A stretch of 64,000 nucleotides of DNA from Ancylonema sp. (taxonomy: Eukaryota): assembly GCA_050230475.1 (NCBI GenBank), contig JBFLGF010000001.1, forward strand, positions 124,001 through 188,000, written 5' to 3'. Within the stretch, counting starts at the first letter, position 1. Each line of letters opens with the position of its first letter. The notes under the pieces are model-generated. The model worked only from the letters and a program-made list of their open reading frames with translations. It was not told the DNA's origin and searched no databases. The position numbers and the translations under genes were made by a program. Shown one piece after another: positions 12,697-27,573 of the stretch.

Positions 12697-13166
12697 GGCT
12701 GCCTACACGAGTTACTACTAAGTAAACAAACCCCCGCCGCGTTCCTTCAAACTCTTGCCAACAAATCAGGATGTACAGGGGTTCCGACAACGTTAAACAA
12801 ACATTCTCGTGGTCACGGTTTCAATGTCCTTCCTGTTCCTGCAGACGTTTGACTAGTGGTTCTCGCAGTCATAGCTCGATTCATGTGTCAATCTGGCGTG
12901 TCGTGAGTCCTTTCGACACCTTCACCTTCACTCACTACCCGGAGGAAATAATACGATATACGTGACGTCCCGCCCGACTCGTTACTTCGGGGGGTAAGAA
13001 GGTATCCCGCCCAACAAGTTCTTACTAAGAAGTGGTACACATAATGTCTACCAATCGTCGACAACGACTTTCTGATCGGTATAAAGAGGCTTCCTGGAGT
13101 GCAGTACTAGTTTTCAAAAGGAAGTTTCGTTGACTAATTTTCTCCGGAGATATGCCTTTTTTTTTT

Positions 13167-14723
13167 ACTTAGGTCTTTTCTTAAGACCTAAGTTACTTAG
13201 CTCCCTACAGAGCTAAGTGTGTCAGCCGTTTTCCATCCTCTTGAAGTTGCTGACATGGTCCGTACATCTGTACGGATTTACATCACGTCAGATTCCTTGA
13301 GTGTCTGTGATTGGCTGATTACGCCGGATTTGACGATTTCATTATTTCGTCAAGTTCGGCTGACACGTCATTGATGACGTGTCGTGCTGTGATTGGCTGG
13401 TTTTCGTTTTTTTTTTAGCAAAATTTTGCCTGGGATTTCCCATGATTTTGGGGGTCGGAGGTTGTTTAAGAGCATTCACTATCACCGCCGACTTAGCCCG
13501 TTCGACTTGGCTTAAACGAAAGTAATCATTACCCCGTCTTTTGCCTGTTTCGCTTAGCTTAGACTTGCGGGTGGGGGTAGCCCCGGGATTTCATGAACTT
13601 AAGCCAAGCCAGGACGGGGTCGCTATCGTCCGTCGGGTACTGGCACTTAATACTTAAAATAATGCCGCATGCAGCGGCACGTGTGGCTGCCACATCAGCG
13701 AAACAAAATTTCGCGGCTGGTAGCCTCCTCTCCTCTTCCGGCCAGCGTTCCTACCTCCTCTACGACTTATCCGCTCTTCACCGATTCATTTTTTCTTGAC
13801 GAGCGGAAACACGCATACGAATCCTTATCTTTTCACCTTTCATGATTGTTTTACAACAAAAAATTCTGTCGTTTAAATAATGCACAGTGCCAGAAATATA
13901 CATATCAGCCCCAGAACGCGCGAAATCTGATAGTTTAAAAAATAGACGTCAGTTTTTCTTGATTTTTTCTCAAAGAGTAGAAAATGTCTGCAGCTATTGA
14001 CCAGTGAAAAAATCATGGAATTTGTCGAAGAATACACTTGATGCGGGCAAATCGTGTCAGCGCCTGAGTGTGTGGAAAGTGAGTGAGGAGGTCTACTGCG
14101 CCCTGTGCCCCAACGTTCTGGCGGGGCGGCTCCCCGTACCCAGAATTTTCATGACGCGACATACACGAGCGATTGACTTCAGCTGTTCGCATTCTTATTG
14201 GCGCAGCTAAGCCATACGCGTGCGGGGCTCCCGCACACGTGTGGACTTTCGACGTCGCAAGTCCAAACTTTAAGTCTTTCGGTGAAAGACTTAGTATGGC
14301 GCTTCTTAAGTCTAAGTCTCGTCGGGCGATAACGAATGCCCATTTTGGGTCGGAAAGACTTACTGTTGACGAATTTCGGGCGCAAGTACGGAAGCCAAGT
14401 CGAACGGGGCTTAAGTCGGAGGTGATAGTGAATGCCCTAAGTGGAGGCCAGCACTTGCACCATCCGGTAAATAATTTGGTGTTCATTTTCTCATGCGATT
14501 ATATGTGTTAGGGCCCCTACTACAACCCTTCATCCCAATTTATTAATTTAAAATCTACCCTCATCCCTGTGGAATGTGCGATTATATGCCGAAAGGAGTT
14601 TGGAGTTCTGCAAAAGACTCTCCCCCCATTCTCCTTGCAGCACATGGTACAAATTTATTATTGAATTAAATGAATTAGAGCTTCAGCGACCACCTTTGAA
14701 AGGGGCTCTAGCTGGGTAACTTA
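13167..14723. mobile_element. HINE/DINE-like non-autonomous Helentron derivative (copy 1), interrupted by a Tourist-like MITE
   Basis: Begins after a T run with an 11-bp hairpin (acttaggtctt/aagacctaagt). Subterminal IR taagttacttagct (13189-13202) vs agctgggtaactta (14710-14723), 12/14. Body is homologous to 17190-17740. Confidence 0.6.
13470..14437. mobile_element. PIF/Harbinger (Tourist-like) MITE, 968 bp
   Basis: TIR g(a/g)gcattcactatcacc(g/t)ccgactta with further inverted match cccgttcgacttggct; TAA on both sides (13467-13469, 14438-14440). Confidence 0.88.
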
Positions 14724-15047
14724 TCTTCTTTCTATTATTATTTACGTATGTATTCTGCAATAATTCATCATGACTAGCTGGGTGCCTGGGTTGCTTGCTG
14801 TCTGGCTGGCTGGCTAGTGGGCTGGCTGGCTGGCTGGCTGACTTCGACATCTGCAAAATGAATTCCGCTGCACACAATCCGAATGAACTCGGTCAGTACT
14901 TGGACACAGCATGACACTGCGCGAATCGACAAATTTATGATTATAATGGCCAGCCGCACGTCAAGCATACAAACAATCCAATGCATAATATGCCAGGCAA
15001 AACAAACGTCGCTAATCACGCGCGATGAGAGAGCGCCAGACAGATAG

Positions 15048-15188
<141 letters not shown>

Positions 15189-15689
15189 CTTCCTTCGCAC
15201 TTACTGCACGGAATAATAGCAGCCTATGCAAAGAAGCCCACGCATACATTGCATACATAACGAGCCTGGCAAGTCTGTGGTTCAGAAATTTGCAAGGTAT
15301 TTGCCACTGGACGCAATCAGATTGAAATCGAAGCCTGCTGCACACAATTAGTATGAATTCAACACTACATGACAATGCTGTAATAGTCTACTGTCAACAA
15401 TACAATACAATCTACAGCCTGCAGTCTTTGAAGGCAGAAGACACAGTCGCAAATTGAATCGCTCTAAGAGCATTACCTTCCAATGGGGTCTTCCAAATCC
15501 CGGATTGGACTCGGTCAGTTCCTTGCGCACATCCGCGCAGCCGTGCAGCCGCACAACCATGCGGTCGCACAGCCGCACAGCAAAATGAGTACCGCAAAGC
15601 CGAACAGCGGCGGAATATCCTATAAAGATAAAAATTTCTGTCGCAAATTGAAGTGCATCGACAGCTTTACCTTTAAGTGTAGAAAGCTG

Positions 15690-15935
15690 CAAGGCAGGTA
15701 GAGATTACAGACAACATTGGGCAGCGCACAGCCGCTTTCTGAGATATGTACAGCGAACTGAAGAAGCTGCATTCAAGCAGGCAGAGATTACAGACATCAC
15801 AATGCAGGGTACCGCTGCTTTCTAAAATATGTACTACGGACTGGAAACAGCTGCGTCGACATCGGCAGAGGTTACAGACGTCGAAGGGAGCGCACAGCCG
15901 CTTTCTAAATTATGGGCTACGAACTGAAGAATACA
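15690..15935. repeat. Degenerate tandem repeat, ~84-bp unit, about 3 copies
   Basis: agagattacagac/agaggttacagac and gctttct.a.at recur about every 82-87 bp. Confidence 0.7.
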
Positions 15936-16495
15936 GTGGGGTTCAGGTTCGCCGTATCCGGCCCCCACGCGGAAGTAGGGTAGGCAACACCGCATTTTCG
16001 GCCCGCGGCATTTTGTCGCCAACCCTACGCGGAATGCCCTACCCGCAATTAACAAAATTGAAAGCCCGCCCGATGCGGGCCGGACTTTCTACTACCGCGC
16101 AGGCAAAACCACCGCCCGGCAGAATTATGAGGCAGAATGCAGAAGTTGAACAATTGATTGGCGAACTATTTTTAATGAACATCAGAGCATCTGCTACATG
16201 TACTACGAATAGCACAAGTTGACATAATTGTGTCATACGCTAGAAGATAGTTTGCAGATACACAAGCACATGACGCACGCTACATGTGATTCATGTATGT
16301 CATCTTAAAAACTTATACGACCAAAACTCAAAAAAACGTATTACGTAAATTAAGTTGGAATTTGTTTTGGACGTACGGACTAGAAACACAAGAGAGTAAT
16401 CTTATCGTTAGCTCGTAAGGTTTATAATCTTCCTTCTTCTTTTTTTCTTTTTTCTTATAAATAGAAGAAATAGTGTGAAACCGCCATCCATCGTA

Positions 16496-16757
16496 CTAGG
16501 CACCGTAAATGGATTTTAATTAATTATTGAAACTCGAAATCAATCATTTATATTAATACCTATGAGGTCGGAATCATTAACCAAAAATCCTTGATATTAA
16601 TACCACTTTTGGATTAGTTTTGAAATTTGTATGTAGGTTTCCAGAAATCATTGCCAAAAATCATCAATAATAACTACCGGATGTCCGGAATCTTTCTTAC
16701 AAATCATTAACAAAGTAATTCGTTTTGAAAAAAACAGAAATCATTTACGGTGCCCAG
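16496..16757. mobile_element. Small mariner-type MITE, 262 bp
   Basis: TIR ct(a/g)ggcaccgtaaatg flanked by TA on both sides; internal aatcatt repeats. Confidence 0.8.
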
Positions 16758-17189
16758 TACGGTACCCTGCAATGATCAAAAGAGTTTGGGTCAAGCTATC
16801 TTATCAACTTCGAAAATTGTGTCATGAAAAGGAGATGACATGAAGCACATACACCAAAGTTTGGTGTAGTGCCTAATTCCTTTTGGGAACCAACAAAAAA
16901 ACACGTTTATGTCATTACAAAGCATAACATAACACTTTTCATCCATCTTTTCCATTCTATTATAGGAAATTTGTTCTTCGCTTTGTTGTGTATGTAAAGC
17001 AAACCGTTATATATTTCATAACGTTTAAAATATTTCATAACGTCTCTTACATCATCACTTCCATCAATCAATCCCTTTTTTAATCACTTCTAACAACAAC
17101 ACACTTGAATGTACCAAACATGAATTCAAAAAATACAAAAGAAAAAATACAAGGGCAAAATAAAGCGTAAAACGTAAATTTGTTTAGGA

Positions 17190-17740
17190 TTTCTTTGGTC
17201 GCACGGACTATAAAGACAAGAGAGCTAAGTACCTCGGTAAAACCGATTCTTGTCTATTCAGTCGCTTTCAATCCGTTGGAAAATGCTGACATGGACCGTA
17301 CATTTGTGCGATCTTGCCACGTCTTTCCTTTTTGGTGTTTGTGATTGGTCGTTTTTTTTTTTTCTAAAATCGTGTGCCATGTCATTGCTAACGTGTCGTG
17401 CTGTGATTGGTTTATTTCCGCGTTTTTTATGGGAATTTTTGGATTTTTTTGCGAGATTCGGTTTGTCTTTGGGGGGTTTTAAGGGTGAAGTAAGGGGGGG
17501 GCCACCAATTAATCCACCCGTACAAAAAAATAGCGTACGTTTTCTTATTATTACTACTACTACCCTACTACTACCCTTCATGATTTTTTGCTCATATTTT
17601 TCTACCCTCAACCCTGTGGGATGTGCGATTCTGTGCCAGAAGGAGTTTGGAGATTTGCTGATACTCTCCCCCCATTCCCCTTATGGCACAGGGTACAATT
17701 TTCAAAAATTCATTTAACGAGCGTCTTACGAGCGCTCTTC
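17190..17740. mobile_element. HINE/DINE-like element (copy 2) abutting the Helentron 3' end
   Basis: Shares blocks with 13167-14723 (tgctgacatgg.ccgtacat, acgtgtcgtgctgtgattgg, tctaccctca.ccctgtgg.atgtgcgatt..ggagtttggag). Boundaries approximate. Confidence 0.6.
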
Positions 17741-17960
17741 CTTGCTAGCCCTCGAGGTCCTATAGGTTTTTTTTAATTATTGTTTTACTATATATTTGGG
17801 TTACTTAAAGTACTTTGTTATGTTCTTTTTTCAATCTAAAGAGAGTGTAGAATGTACCGCTAGAGGTTTGTCCAACGCAAGTTGCGCTAGCACTAGTTCC
17901 TCCTTCGGCCCCCCCTCTTTGAGTAAGGGTTATTGGGGAGTTGTGGTTCTATTGTTCATT

Positions 17961-20900
17961 CTAGTAAATATATATCAATAGTGGCATGTGATCACTGTAG
18001 TAAGTGTTTCGAACGTCTTTGAAGTGGTTAATATTTTTGTCTGAAATCCATATGTGATCTATAATGGAGTTGTTAATTGTTGTTGGTTTTGTTATCAGTT
18101 GTTTTAGGTTTAGGTAAATCATGCCTTGTATATATTGTTGTGTCTTGTTGGTTTTGTCGGGGATTGTAAGATCAATGTTAGCGTCCCCTATTATGATGAA
18201 AGTATGATCCGTTGCACGAGGTTCTTTTACTATTTTATTTATGTTTTGAATAAAAGTCGTCACATCGGATAGTGCAAACAAATAAAACAACACTATTGAA
18301 TATGTATTTCCGCTTATCGAGAAGAACATGTGCATGAGTTCAAACTCTTCGGAGACTGCCTTTGTGGCAATTTTATTTTTGTTTTTTGTATATGCTATTA
18401 ATCCTCTATGAGTAGTTCCTCCATCACATGTTTGTGGTGCTTTAAAGTTGGTAGGTGTATAGTCCTTGATGTTTGGTGTTGACTCTGAAATCCATGTTTC
18501 ACAAAATAATAACACATCTGCGCTTTGAAACTCTTTATTACTTTTTATATCTTCGAAATGTTTCCGAAGGGATCTTACGTTTTGGAACATGATGCGGAGT
18601 TTCGGTTTTGGTATATTATCAATTGGCCAGCATGCAAGCGTGAGTTGTTTCTCTATTCGTAATCTTTGCATTTCTTGAACGACTCCTTGATCTACCTTTA
18701 TTTTATCGGATTCGAGGTTCATAAACTAGGTTGATAAATTAGGAAATATACTCAAAGCAACGTAGTGCATGCCCGAAATAGTTGCTTTACTTAGGTCTAT
18801 TGTTCCTTGTGGTATTGTTCGTCCTTGAGAGCGGTGGATTGTGATGGTGTGATGGCTGTATTCGGTCGTAGTGGGAATTGTTTTCAGATAACATTGCTTG
18901 AAGACATTTTTGGACGCATTCGAAACGTGTTTACTATCCTTGGTATGGAAACTATCGTCGGGTCATTCTATGCTGTTTGAGGGTATTTTGTGTTCATCCA
19001 TTTTTTCCCGATCGTTTTTCTCTCGAATAAAATGTTTATTACTTGAATTTCTCCGTTTTTTTATTTGAAACTGTGCACTCCCGGAGATCCGTTGAATAAC
19101 CCATCCGTTGTGTCTAAGTTTGTTGAAATCTCTACTTTAGTTCCAATTTTTAGTTTTAAGTTGGTGAACAAGTTTCCTGTTTTGCTTGTTGGTAGATTAT
19201 CCAGTTCTTCAATGTATTGCGCTTTGGTTAGGATACCTAGTTCGGAAGTAAAGTTGTCTTTTGCTAGAATTGTATATCCCAAAACATCTCGCATTTCATC
19301 GTAAACTTTATCATTATGGCATTGCACTGTTATATTTTGGAAAAAGAGATGTGGATGGAATATATCGTAGCTTTCGTTTTCATTTATTATTTGTTTATGT
19401 ATTACTTCCGATGGAAGTTTGCGGGTCAAGAATTTCGTGATGTCGTCATTGGTGTGCTTTGCTTCTCGTAACCGATTGAGTTGTTCCGCGAATTCTTGGT
19501 CGTCTTTTTGTCTCATGATTTCCGTCAACTCCATCATTTGAAATCCATTCCGTGGGTTGTTTGTTAGTTTTGTCCATTCCCTTGGCTCCGGAATTATCGA
19601 ATATGAATATGAAAAAATCGCCTACTGCAATAACATGTAACCCTCCGAATGGCTCGGTGCTTTCTCGATATTCTTGAAGTCGGGTGTTCAAGGTTTTCCA
19701 AACTTTATATCCAATCATCGATACCTCGTCTAGTAAAATAACTTCAACATTCCTGTATATAGATCTCATAGTGTTCATTTTTTCTTGATTCAATGGGATA
19801 CCATTTGCGTCGATAGGTACATTTAAACCTAAATGAATAGTTACACCACTGATGTTGCCGATCCCGTAGGAGCCATTTTTAGAACTTTCAAGCTGTCCGG
19901 ATTTTGTCCTGGTTGATGTGCATACAACCTTGTAAATCCGTCGTAAAGAGCACGCATGAGTACTGATTTTCCAACCCCCGCTCCTCTTGTTATAAAGATA
20001 TTCATGGGTGGTTTTGAGGTCGTTGATTTCATACAATGATCATACAAAGCTTTTTGTTTCGGGTTAAGACTACGCATTGTTTTGTAGAATCTTCTTCTGA
20101 AGAAGTATTTGCGAGCTGATTTACAGTGGTTGTTTGGGAACAAATGTTTTCGTCCCCCTCGTTATCGTTATGGTCATCATGTACCTCTTGTTCATGTTCT
20201 TCGTCGTCAATAGATGGCATTTCGTCGTCTGAAGACTCCATGTCTGCATTCATATCCTCTTTTACTTTGGCAACGATTTCTTCCAAGTCAATCTGTTCTT
20301 TTTTATATATGGCGTGTTTAATTTTGATTTCATTGATGTAGTCATTGTATTTCTCTCGGAAATCTCCATTCTTAGGGAATTCTTCGTCTTCGTTTGTCCA
20401 TGGAATGTATAGCATTAGTTGCTCGCGGCAATATTTATTGAAATCTTTGTTTTTATTGAAATTTACGTAGCGTATTACGTGTTGTTTTTTCCTTTTGTGG
20501 TAATATCGCTTGGGGGTAGAAAAATCTGGTCCGTATTGTTTTTTTTTTTTTTTAGAATACTCGGATTCACGTTCCACTTCCTCGTTTTTTCCGTCTTTAA
20601 AGATGTCCCCCGCGGTTTCAAAGTCTTGTGGTTTCGGTCTATACCCTTTTGATTGATCGAATTCGGAAGCAAAGTCGGCGTAACAGTATTGTAATAAACA
20701 CTTTCGCCTTTTTTCGTACATTGAGATGAGGGCTGTAGGGTTAAAAACATCTGTGTCATCATCCTTTTTATTTTTAATTTGATCATCTGATTTCAACGTG
20801 AGAATTCTCTCGTCTTTCAATCCGGTCGGGACGAAAATTACGCTTCTCGATGACATTCGCATTGGGAGACCAAGTAATAAATAAATCGCTTCTTGGGCAC

Positions 20901-23155
20901 TTGTTTGGTGTGAAGAGAAAAATGCATCACTGATTTTGTAGATTTGTTGAATCAATGACTTGTTCCCCTCGCTGCCTCTTTACAAGCTCCTCTGCCTCAT
21001 AATTTTGCTTAATCCTTTTGTTCCTTTACACATGCAAGACACTATGTAAGTGGCAACTGCCGTAATGGTCCGGACAAAATTGAATATCCATATTAGATCC
21101 CCATATTTATAAACATTTGTCGTTGTATGCGTTGATTATCTCGTTTGTGGCTCTTTTGATGAACACGGTCGTACGTTGGAGTGAACTCCTGATCGCTAAA
21201 ATGTAATCGATTTTTGTCACATTGATTGCCGCAATTAATTGTTCGAACGAGTATGACACAACGTCGGGTTGTGGTATTGTTGCAAGGAAGTCGTTGATTT
21301 TTTTCCAAGTTTGTTTTGACCTTTCATCGTATTTTGCTTTTTTGTCTTCCGAGTATTGTTCCAAAATACATGTTGCGTCTATTGGAGGTTGTGGGTAGTT
21401 GAAGCGACATGCCGTGGACTTGTTTGTCTTTTGTTGACAATAACTAGGACGGCAAGTGTGTGTTTGTCCTTTTATATTTTCTTTCAACGCACGTGTTTTG
21501 GAACACGTTATGAATTTGTCGATGAACGCGCATATGGCTTTATTATGATTGTCGTCATCTTTTTTTCCAAAGAGGATTTCAAAATCTTCGACATAAGCCA
21601 TCATGTGTACGTGTGGAGACCCCCTTTGTTGGAATTCCACGACTTGAAAGAAGTCTACCATTCCTCCAATGACTTCTTTTGCATTGCTCTAAAACAGTGT
21701 TTGTAAAGATCTCGATTCTCTTGCTGAAGTATCGCGCGTAAGTTACGGGATCTGAGCGAATTAGCCGGTATACTTCTTTTCTAAGTAGGTTTGCGGCTTC
21801 TGTAAGAGACATGTCTTTTTTGTCTACAACTTTGAGTAATATAACTCTTAAATCCAACCACATAGTGTCGGCCATTGAAAAAGAGAGAAATAATGTGGGC
21901 TTTCCAAGTTGTCGTAACGTTGCGAATAAATCCTCATTGGCTGCAACTAGTATTGTGGGGATCCTCTTAGCATTTTAAATTCCGGAAATACATAATCATT
22001 TTTTGCTAGTGTATTTAGGTTCTCTTTGTTACGGATGGTACCAGCATTTAACGTTCCGTATCGAAGTGTTGTTTGTACTCGTAGTTTGAGGTACATTATG
22101 TTTCGTACTTGCTCTTTTTGCATTTTATGATACTTGAAAAAAAATTTGCTTACACTTAGAGCCACTCTTTTGTCTTTTGATCTCAATTCCCACCGTCTTT
22201 GTTCTGCCTTTGTTGTTGCGGCACTATATTTCCTTTTCGTTCCAGCGTATATTGTAGGGAAGCTTAATATTTCGGCATGCTCGTCTGCTAATATATTATC
22301 GGGTCTTCTTCCTTCCCCAGGTGCTAGTATTAGTTTCTCCTTGAGTGCTGGTATTTCGTTTCGTGTTATTAACGTGTCCAAGTTACCTGCAATGTTTACT
22401 TCCTCATCGTCGTCCTCATTTGTTATATTGTCCTCTTCGTCATTTGAATTGTTCTCGGTATCCATCTCTTTAGGAATTTCTATATCCGGATTATATTGAG
22501 CCGAATTTTCAATACATTCGTTTAGAAATTTGTCTAGTCGGTTATCTCCATCCTCGAGATGTCTTAGTTTCTCTTCACTAATGGTTGTTTGTTGCCACAA
22601 TTCACTTGTTTTATATAAATGCCGCAATGCTTCTACAACCTTTCGGGGCCGGACAACATCTTCGTATGCGTTTGACTTGTCCCTTTTCCTCCTTTTGAAT
22701 TGCAAGGGTATTGTGAAAGATTCATGAGTTCTTCTCGGTAGACATTCCATTGAATCAAGAACATTACATGGTACGTATATGACCGGCCCGACGAGAGATT
22801 TTTGTCCATTGGCACCATATTTCAGATCTCGAAGAATCATGAACGGGATCCTCGGAGAAATAAGGCATTCTTCTATTTCGCTCAAATCTTGTAGTTCCGG
22901 AGGGGTTTTTGGAAATATCATTCCATTTGTTGGGCAATATTTTGGGAGGTTCCCATCTTTCAAACTTGATATACAATTTCCGCATATATGAATAACGGGT
23001 TGAGTGCTTGGTATCTCCAGTTCTTGCTCGTATATTTTCGCAATATCGCAATACCTTGCCCATGTTGCTTGTTTCAATCGTGTCATTACTTCTTTGAAGA
23101 AAAATTGGTTGCAGATGTGACAAGGTGTTGTCGGTCCGTCTTTGCTTAACGTCAA
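17961..23155 (-). pseudogene. Helentron transposase: HUH Rep + PIF1 helicase + AP-type endonuclease, multiple frameshifts; may extend further upstream
   Basis: CHIC..CGNC Zn motif, APGEGRRP, AEILSFPTIY, Rep motif EFQQRGSPHVH, and YIVSCMCK (second Tyr replaced). Helicase motifs GAGVGKS, LLDEVSMIG, FGGLHVIAVGDF, LTEIMRQKDD, TIHRSQG, HYVALS. Endonuclease motifs QNVRSL, FCETW, IIGDANID, IDHIW, YYSDH. Confidence 0.92.
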
Positions 23156-25414
23156 GAATCTTGCTCTCGTGTACGGCCATTCTTTGATTGTATATTTTGA
23201 ACTTAGCGTTTGTTATAGCTTGCTCGATAATCGATTCCATAGAGATTTTGAAGGTTTGATCTATGTTCGCATCCATAAACGACTTGTCATTCAAATTGAG
23301 GATAAAATCTCCATAAACTTCGTGAATGGTGAATGAAAAGACCGCGACACCAATTGGCGGTGGCCAAGTTGGGGATGCCATCAAGAAGATAAACTTGGTT
23401 GAAGTTTGCCGACCTTTTTAATACATGACAAAAAGCGAATCTTATACTCTTCACGTTTTGCCCTTTTTTGAATGTAAGGTATAATACCATGGAGCAATTG
23501 AGGTAGCGTTTTGTTTTCGTCGTTCAATTTGTGTTTATACGTCAGAAGGTCGAATTGTCGCATGAAAGAATGGGCGAGGGCCAACACTTGGCCCGATATT
23601 TCTGAATCGTGCTTAGCGTTCATTGGCGAGTTAATAACTTTAGTTGTAGAAGATTTGTGGTTGACCTGGCTCGGACCGCAATGAAATATTGTTTTTTGGA
23701 TATTGATAAAGTTGACATTGCTCATATCTCGTTTTCGTTTCAAATTCGTGAAACATTTGTTTTTGTTTCTTGATGTATTGACATCAATGAAGTTGTAATG
23801 TATAAGACCCAATTCTCATTATTCCACACAAAATGAAATTGCTTATTTGCATCTAAACCCGTATTTAAAAGCTACAATGCATTCATTATTATGCCATATA
23901 AACGCATTCCAAGCGTGTTTAGCAAGAACATAAATGTCGGCCATCGAAATCATACTCGAGGTTGCTGTCAAAGATTGGAAGAACACATCTATGGAAGAGA
24001 GTTGAACATGTCGGGTCCCAAAAATGACAAAGCTTCTTCTTGTAATTGATATATTTTTTCCCGCTCTTCCAACCAAATTTCCTTACTATTGGACATAAAA
24101 TGTTGGAAAACTACGTCTAACAACGAGAAAGATCCAATTGTAGAAAAAATGAACATTCTTATCAACCATCTATCCTCGAAACTGTGTGGAACTAATACGA
24201 ATATCCCTTGTGAAGTGGGTAGGAAATCGCGATAACGGATCGGTAATGAAAGCTTTGTTAAAGAAGCTATAATAGTGAAAGAACTTAATGATGGAACAGT
24301 ATGGGGTGATTTTTACGTGTTTGTACTGTGCCCACTCAAGGTACAAACACGGGAGTTTTTTTTTTCTCAAAAAAAACTCCGAAAATAGGAGGATCACTTG
24401 GACTCGAAGAGTGACAGTTTTCCATTGCCAATCAAAAGGTTACACGATAGAGAGATGTTGTAATGGCTATAGTGAAGCGCCATGCGAACTACACGAATAG
24501 AACGTCATGAGGTCCTCACAATTATATCCTTTGAGAAGATTAGTTATTCACCTAATTCTCTAGAATATTCGTAATGAACGAGAACAAAACATGAAGATAT
24601 CATTGTGGTAGTCGTTCTTAGGATAATCATCCTTACAAGCATCTAATGGACAATTCCTGCGATTGATTAGAGAGTTTAAAACCAAAGTATGAGGAAAGGA
24701 GAACTTGTAAATGGAATGTTTACGATGTAATACCTTATGGGAAAATAGTTTGTAGAACGCGTTTCTACTGCCGTACAAGCTTTCGGCTTTATGTAGAAGG
24801 ATGTGTCGGGGCAACACCGAATTTTCAAACGAGATCACTCCTCAATACTTGATGAATGGACAAAGAACGCTACAAGCAAGGCGAATGTGAAATTGATGGG
24901 TTACTTAATGGGACACATGTGTAAACCCAGAGGAGAAAAGGATAATATACTAACACGTACTTGTTTGCTAGATTGATTGGAGTAGTTAAAAGGAATATAT
25001 AAATCAATATAGCGTTGTAAAGATCGTGAAAGATTTATCCAATAATTTTAGTACGTATAATTCCCCACGGATGGTCTAAGTCTAACCGAGGAGCGAGTTG
25101 GACCATAAAGAATACATGACAGCCAATAGTAGTGTACTAATGAAGTGTATTGAGAAATTTAGGAGAAAGAATGATATTCGTGATATGAATATTCTAAGGA
25201 TTCCATGGCTATAATTTGTTGCATATGTCAACACGGTTCTATATACCTTTGTGATGTAAACAAGCACAAGGGCGTTACTCAAATAACGGCAAAGTAATTT
25301 TAGCAAGATGAAGAACAAAGAGACAAAGAAGCACAACCTAGTTACTCAGTCGTCGCTACTCCTCTGTGTCTCATCACAAAAAATAGCAAAACCATATTGA
25401 AAGAAAATATTGAA

Positions 25415-25960
25415 AGGATCAGACGTACACACCTTTATAGGGAGAGATCGTCTATACTCCGTGACGGATTATGGTCTAGTGTTCGTGCATAAGCGAGTGG
25501 CACGAAGAAGAATGAAAGATTAGAAAATAAATAATGTATTAAATGTTAAATATTTCTGATATTCAATCCTAAGAACCCCATGGTTCTTTTGTTTGAACTT
25601 GTCAACACGGTTCCAAATACGTCAATGACGACATCACGCACAAGCGCGTCACAAAAAAATTAAACCCGGAAAAACATAGAAAGGATTAGACGTACGTACC
25701 TTTATGGGGAAAGAGCGTCTACGCTCCGTGACGGTTTATAGTTTCGTGTTCGTGTATAAGCGAGTGGCACGAAGAAGAAAGAATGACCACACTGAAAGGA
25801 CAAAAAATAAGAAATATAAGAATGTTAAAAAATATTAAAAATATAAAAATGTTAAAAATATGTGATATTCAATTCTAACCACCCCATGGCTTTCTTTGTT
25901 TGAACTTGTGAACTCGGGTCCAAATACTTCAGTTACCACATCACGCACAAGCGCATGACG
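25415..25960. repeat. Two diverged direct copies of a ~260-bp unit in the Helentron divergent intergenic region
   Basis: ggat.agacgtac..acctttat.ggga...ataagcgagtggcacgaagaagaa...tttgtttgaacttgt...catcacgcacaagcgc occurs near 25416 and 25683. Confidence 0.85.
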
Positions 25961-27573
25961 TTAAAAATAGGGCGACTTCCAAGTTGAATCATCATAACAA
26001 AAGAATGACAAAGAGTAGATGCGGTGGTTTGGGTTTTACATGCCATCATTTCACTACTAAAATGTAAGGTGACAAGATTTCTCCTTAATATCCCCCAGAA
26101 TTGATTTATTTTAATGGATGCGCCGTTTATCTTTGCTCCTTATCTCTAGTCCAATTTAGGTATAGTTAGGGAGTTGAATGTTAAGCGAGCACACGTCAGA
26201 GGGGTATTTCAGAAACGCAAATTCTGTATCTACACTACAATTTTCGCAAACCAAACACAGAGAGCTTAGAACACGTGGGTTTTTAGCGCGGGTTTACAGT
26301 GGAGAACAGACGTAGTCCTACCGAACCTTCCAGCCGCGCTTCCAAAATTCTGCGGTCAACTTGTGAAAGCCTGATTATGGTGAGCGGAGAAGTGAGACCC
26401 TGGTAGCAAGTCTCGGCGCCACAACGGTGACGTCTCCCAGCCGACGTTCTAGGCGGTTACGAAATGAGGACGTGGAGATTTCCTCACCATTCCTCACAAT
26501 GAGAAGATCGTTCTGCAGATTGGCCGATGTTTTCGATTTCTCAGGTACGATCTAGGATCGGCTGTTTTGTCCGTTACAGAACGATAAAACTAACGGCCCG
26601 ATCTGTCTTTTTAACGGTTTATAAGTGACGGCCAACGAGATCTCGCGGAGATATGAGCCCGCAAATGATCGCAACCCATGCTGCGGAAATACTGCAATAT
26701 ACTACAAATGAGCCCTACATTTCTTCGAAACCGTGAGCCTCATGGTTGAGCAGCTCGCGGCATGTCTTTGCTCCACTTTTCTTCATATTTCTACATTTTG
26801 CTACATTTTGCTTTCTCCACATCACGAACGACAAATTCCGTGCGCTATGATTGTCGTTCCTAACCATCGGAACCCTAGGTGCACAACTGACGGCAGCAGA
26901 ATGTTGTCGCTATCTAACCGTTTCTCCAAAATCAATGCGCCTTGCACTCCTTCCGTACGCTCCATGTGGACAATTTTCAGACGTTCCTCGTAGATTCTGA
27001 CGAACGATGCAGCGCTCGCACGATTTGCCCGTTCCCGGAAGGACGAGACTAACGGCCCGATCTGTCCATCCACCGGTTACTTCAGACGGCGAACAACGGT
27101 CTCCCGGCACTTCTATGTTACATTTTGCTCCAACTTGCTTCTACTGCGACGAACGATACCACCGCTCGAGGGGTGCCGGCATAATGCTCCAATATGCGGT
27201 GTATGGCCCGATAAACCAACTATGACCACCTAACTTCCCCAACTTGTCCTTCTCAACTACCTTACGATAAACGTCAATGCTTCAAAGTGCGTTAGTTGTG
27301 TGGAGTTATTTATCAACGGTCCATTAGTTTATCGTATCCAACTACCATGCGACGAACGTTCACGAATTGTTGCGATCGGTTGCATACGGCTATGACCCTC
27401 AAGCATGACCTTGTCATACCACGTGCATTCGCGCAAATCCTATAAATTCGCGCCATATTTTGAGTACACATCACCCTTCATCTCCCTTGTGCATCATCGT
27501 CTCTCATACACCGTCCCGACACACCTTTCAGCATTTTGAACCATTCGGAAGTTGACCAAACAAAGCGACAAAC

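Noticed and set aside
23381..23812. Possible N-terminal deubiquitinase domain of the Helentron protein
   Set aside because: No convincing catalytic motif by eye; left unassigned.
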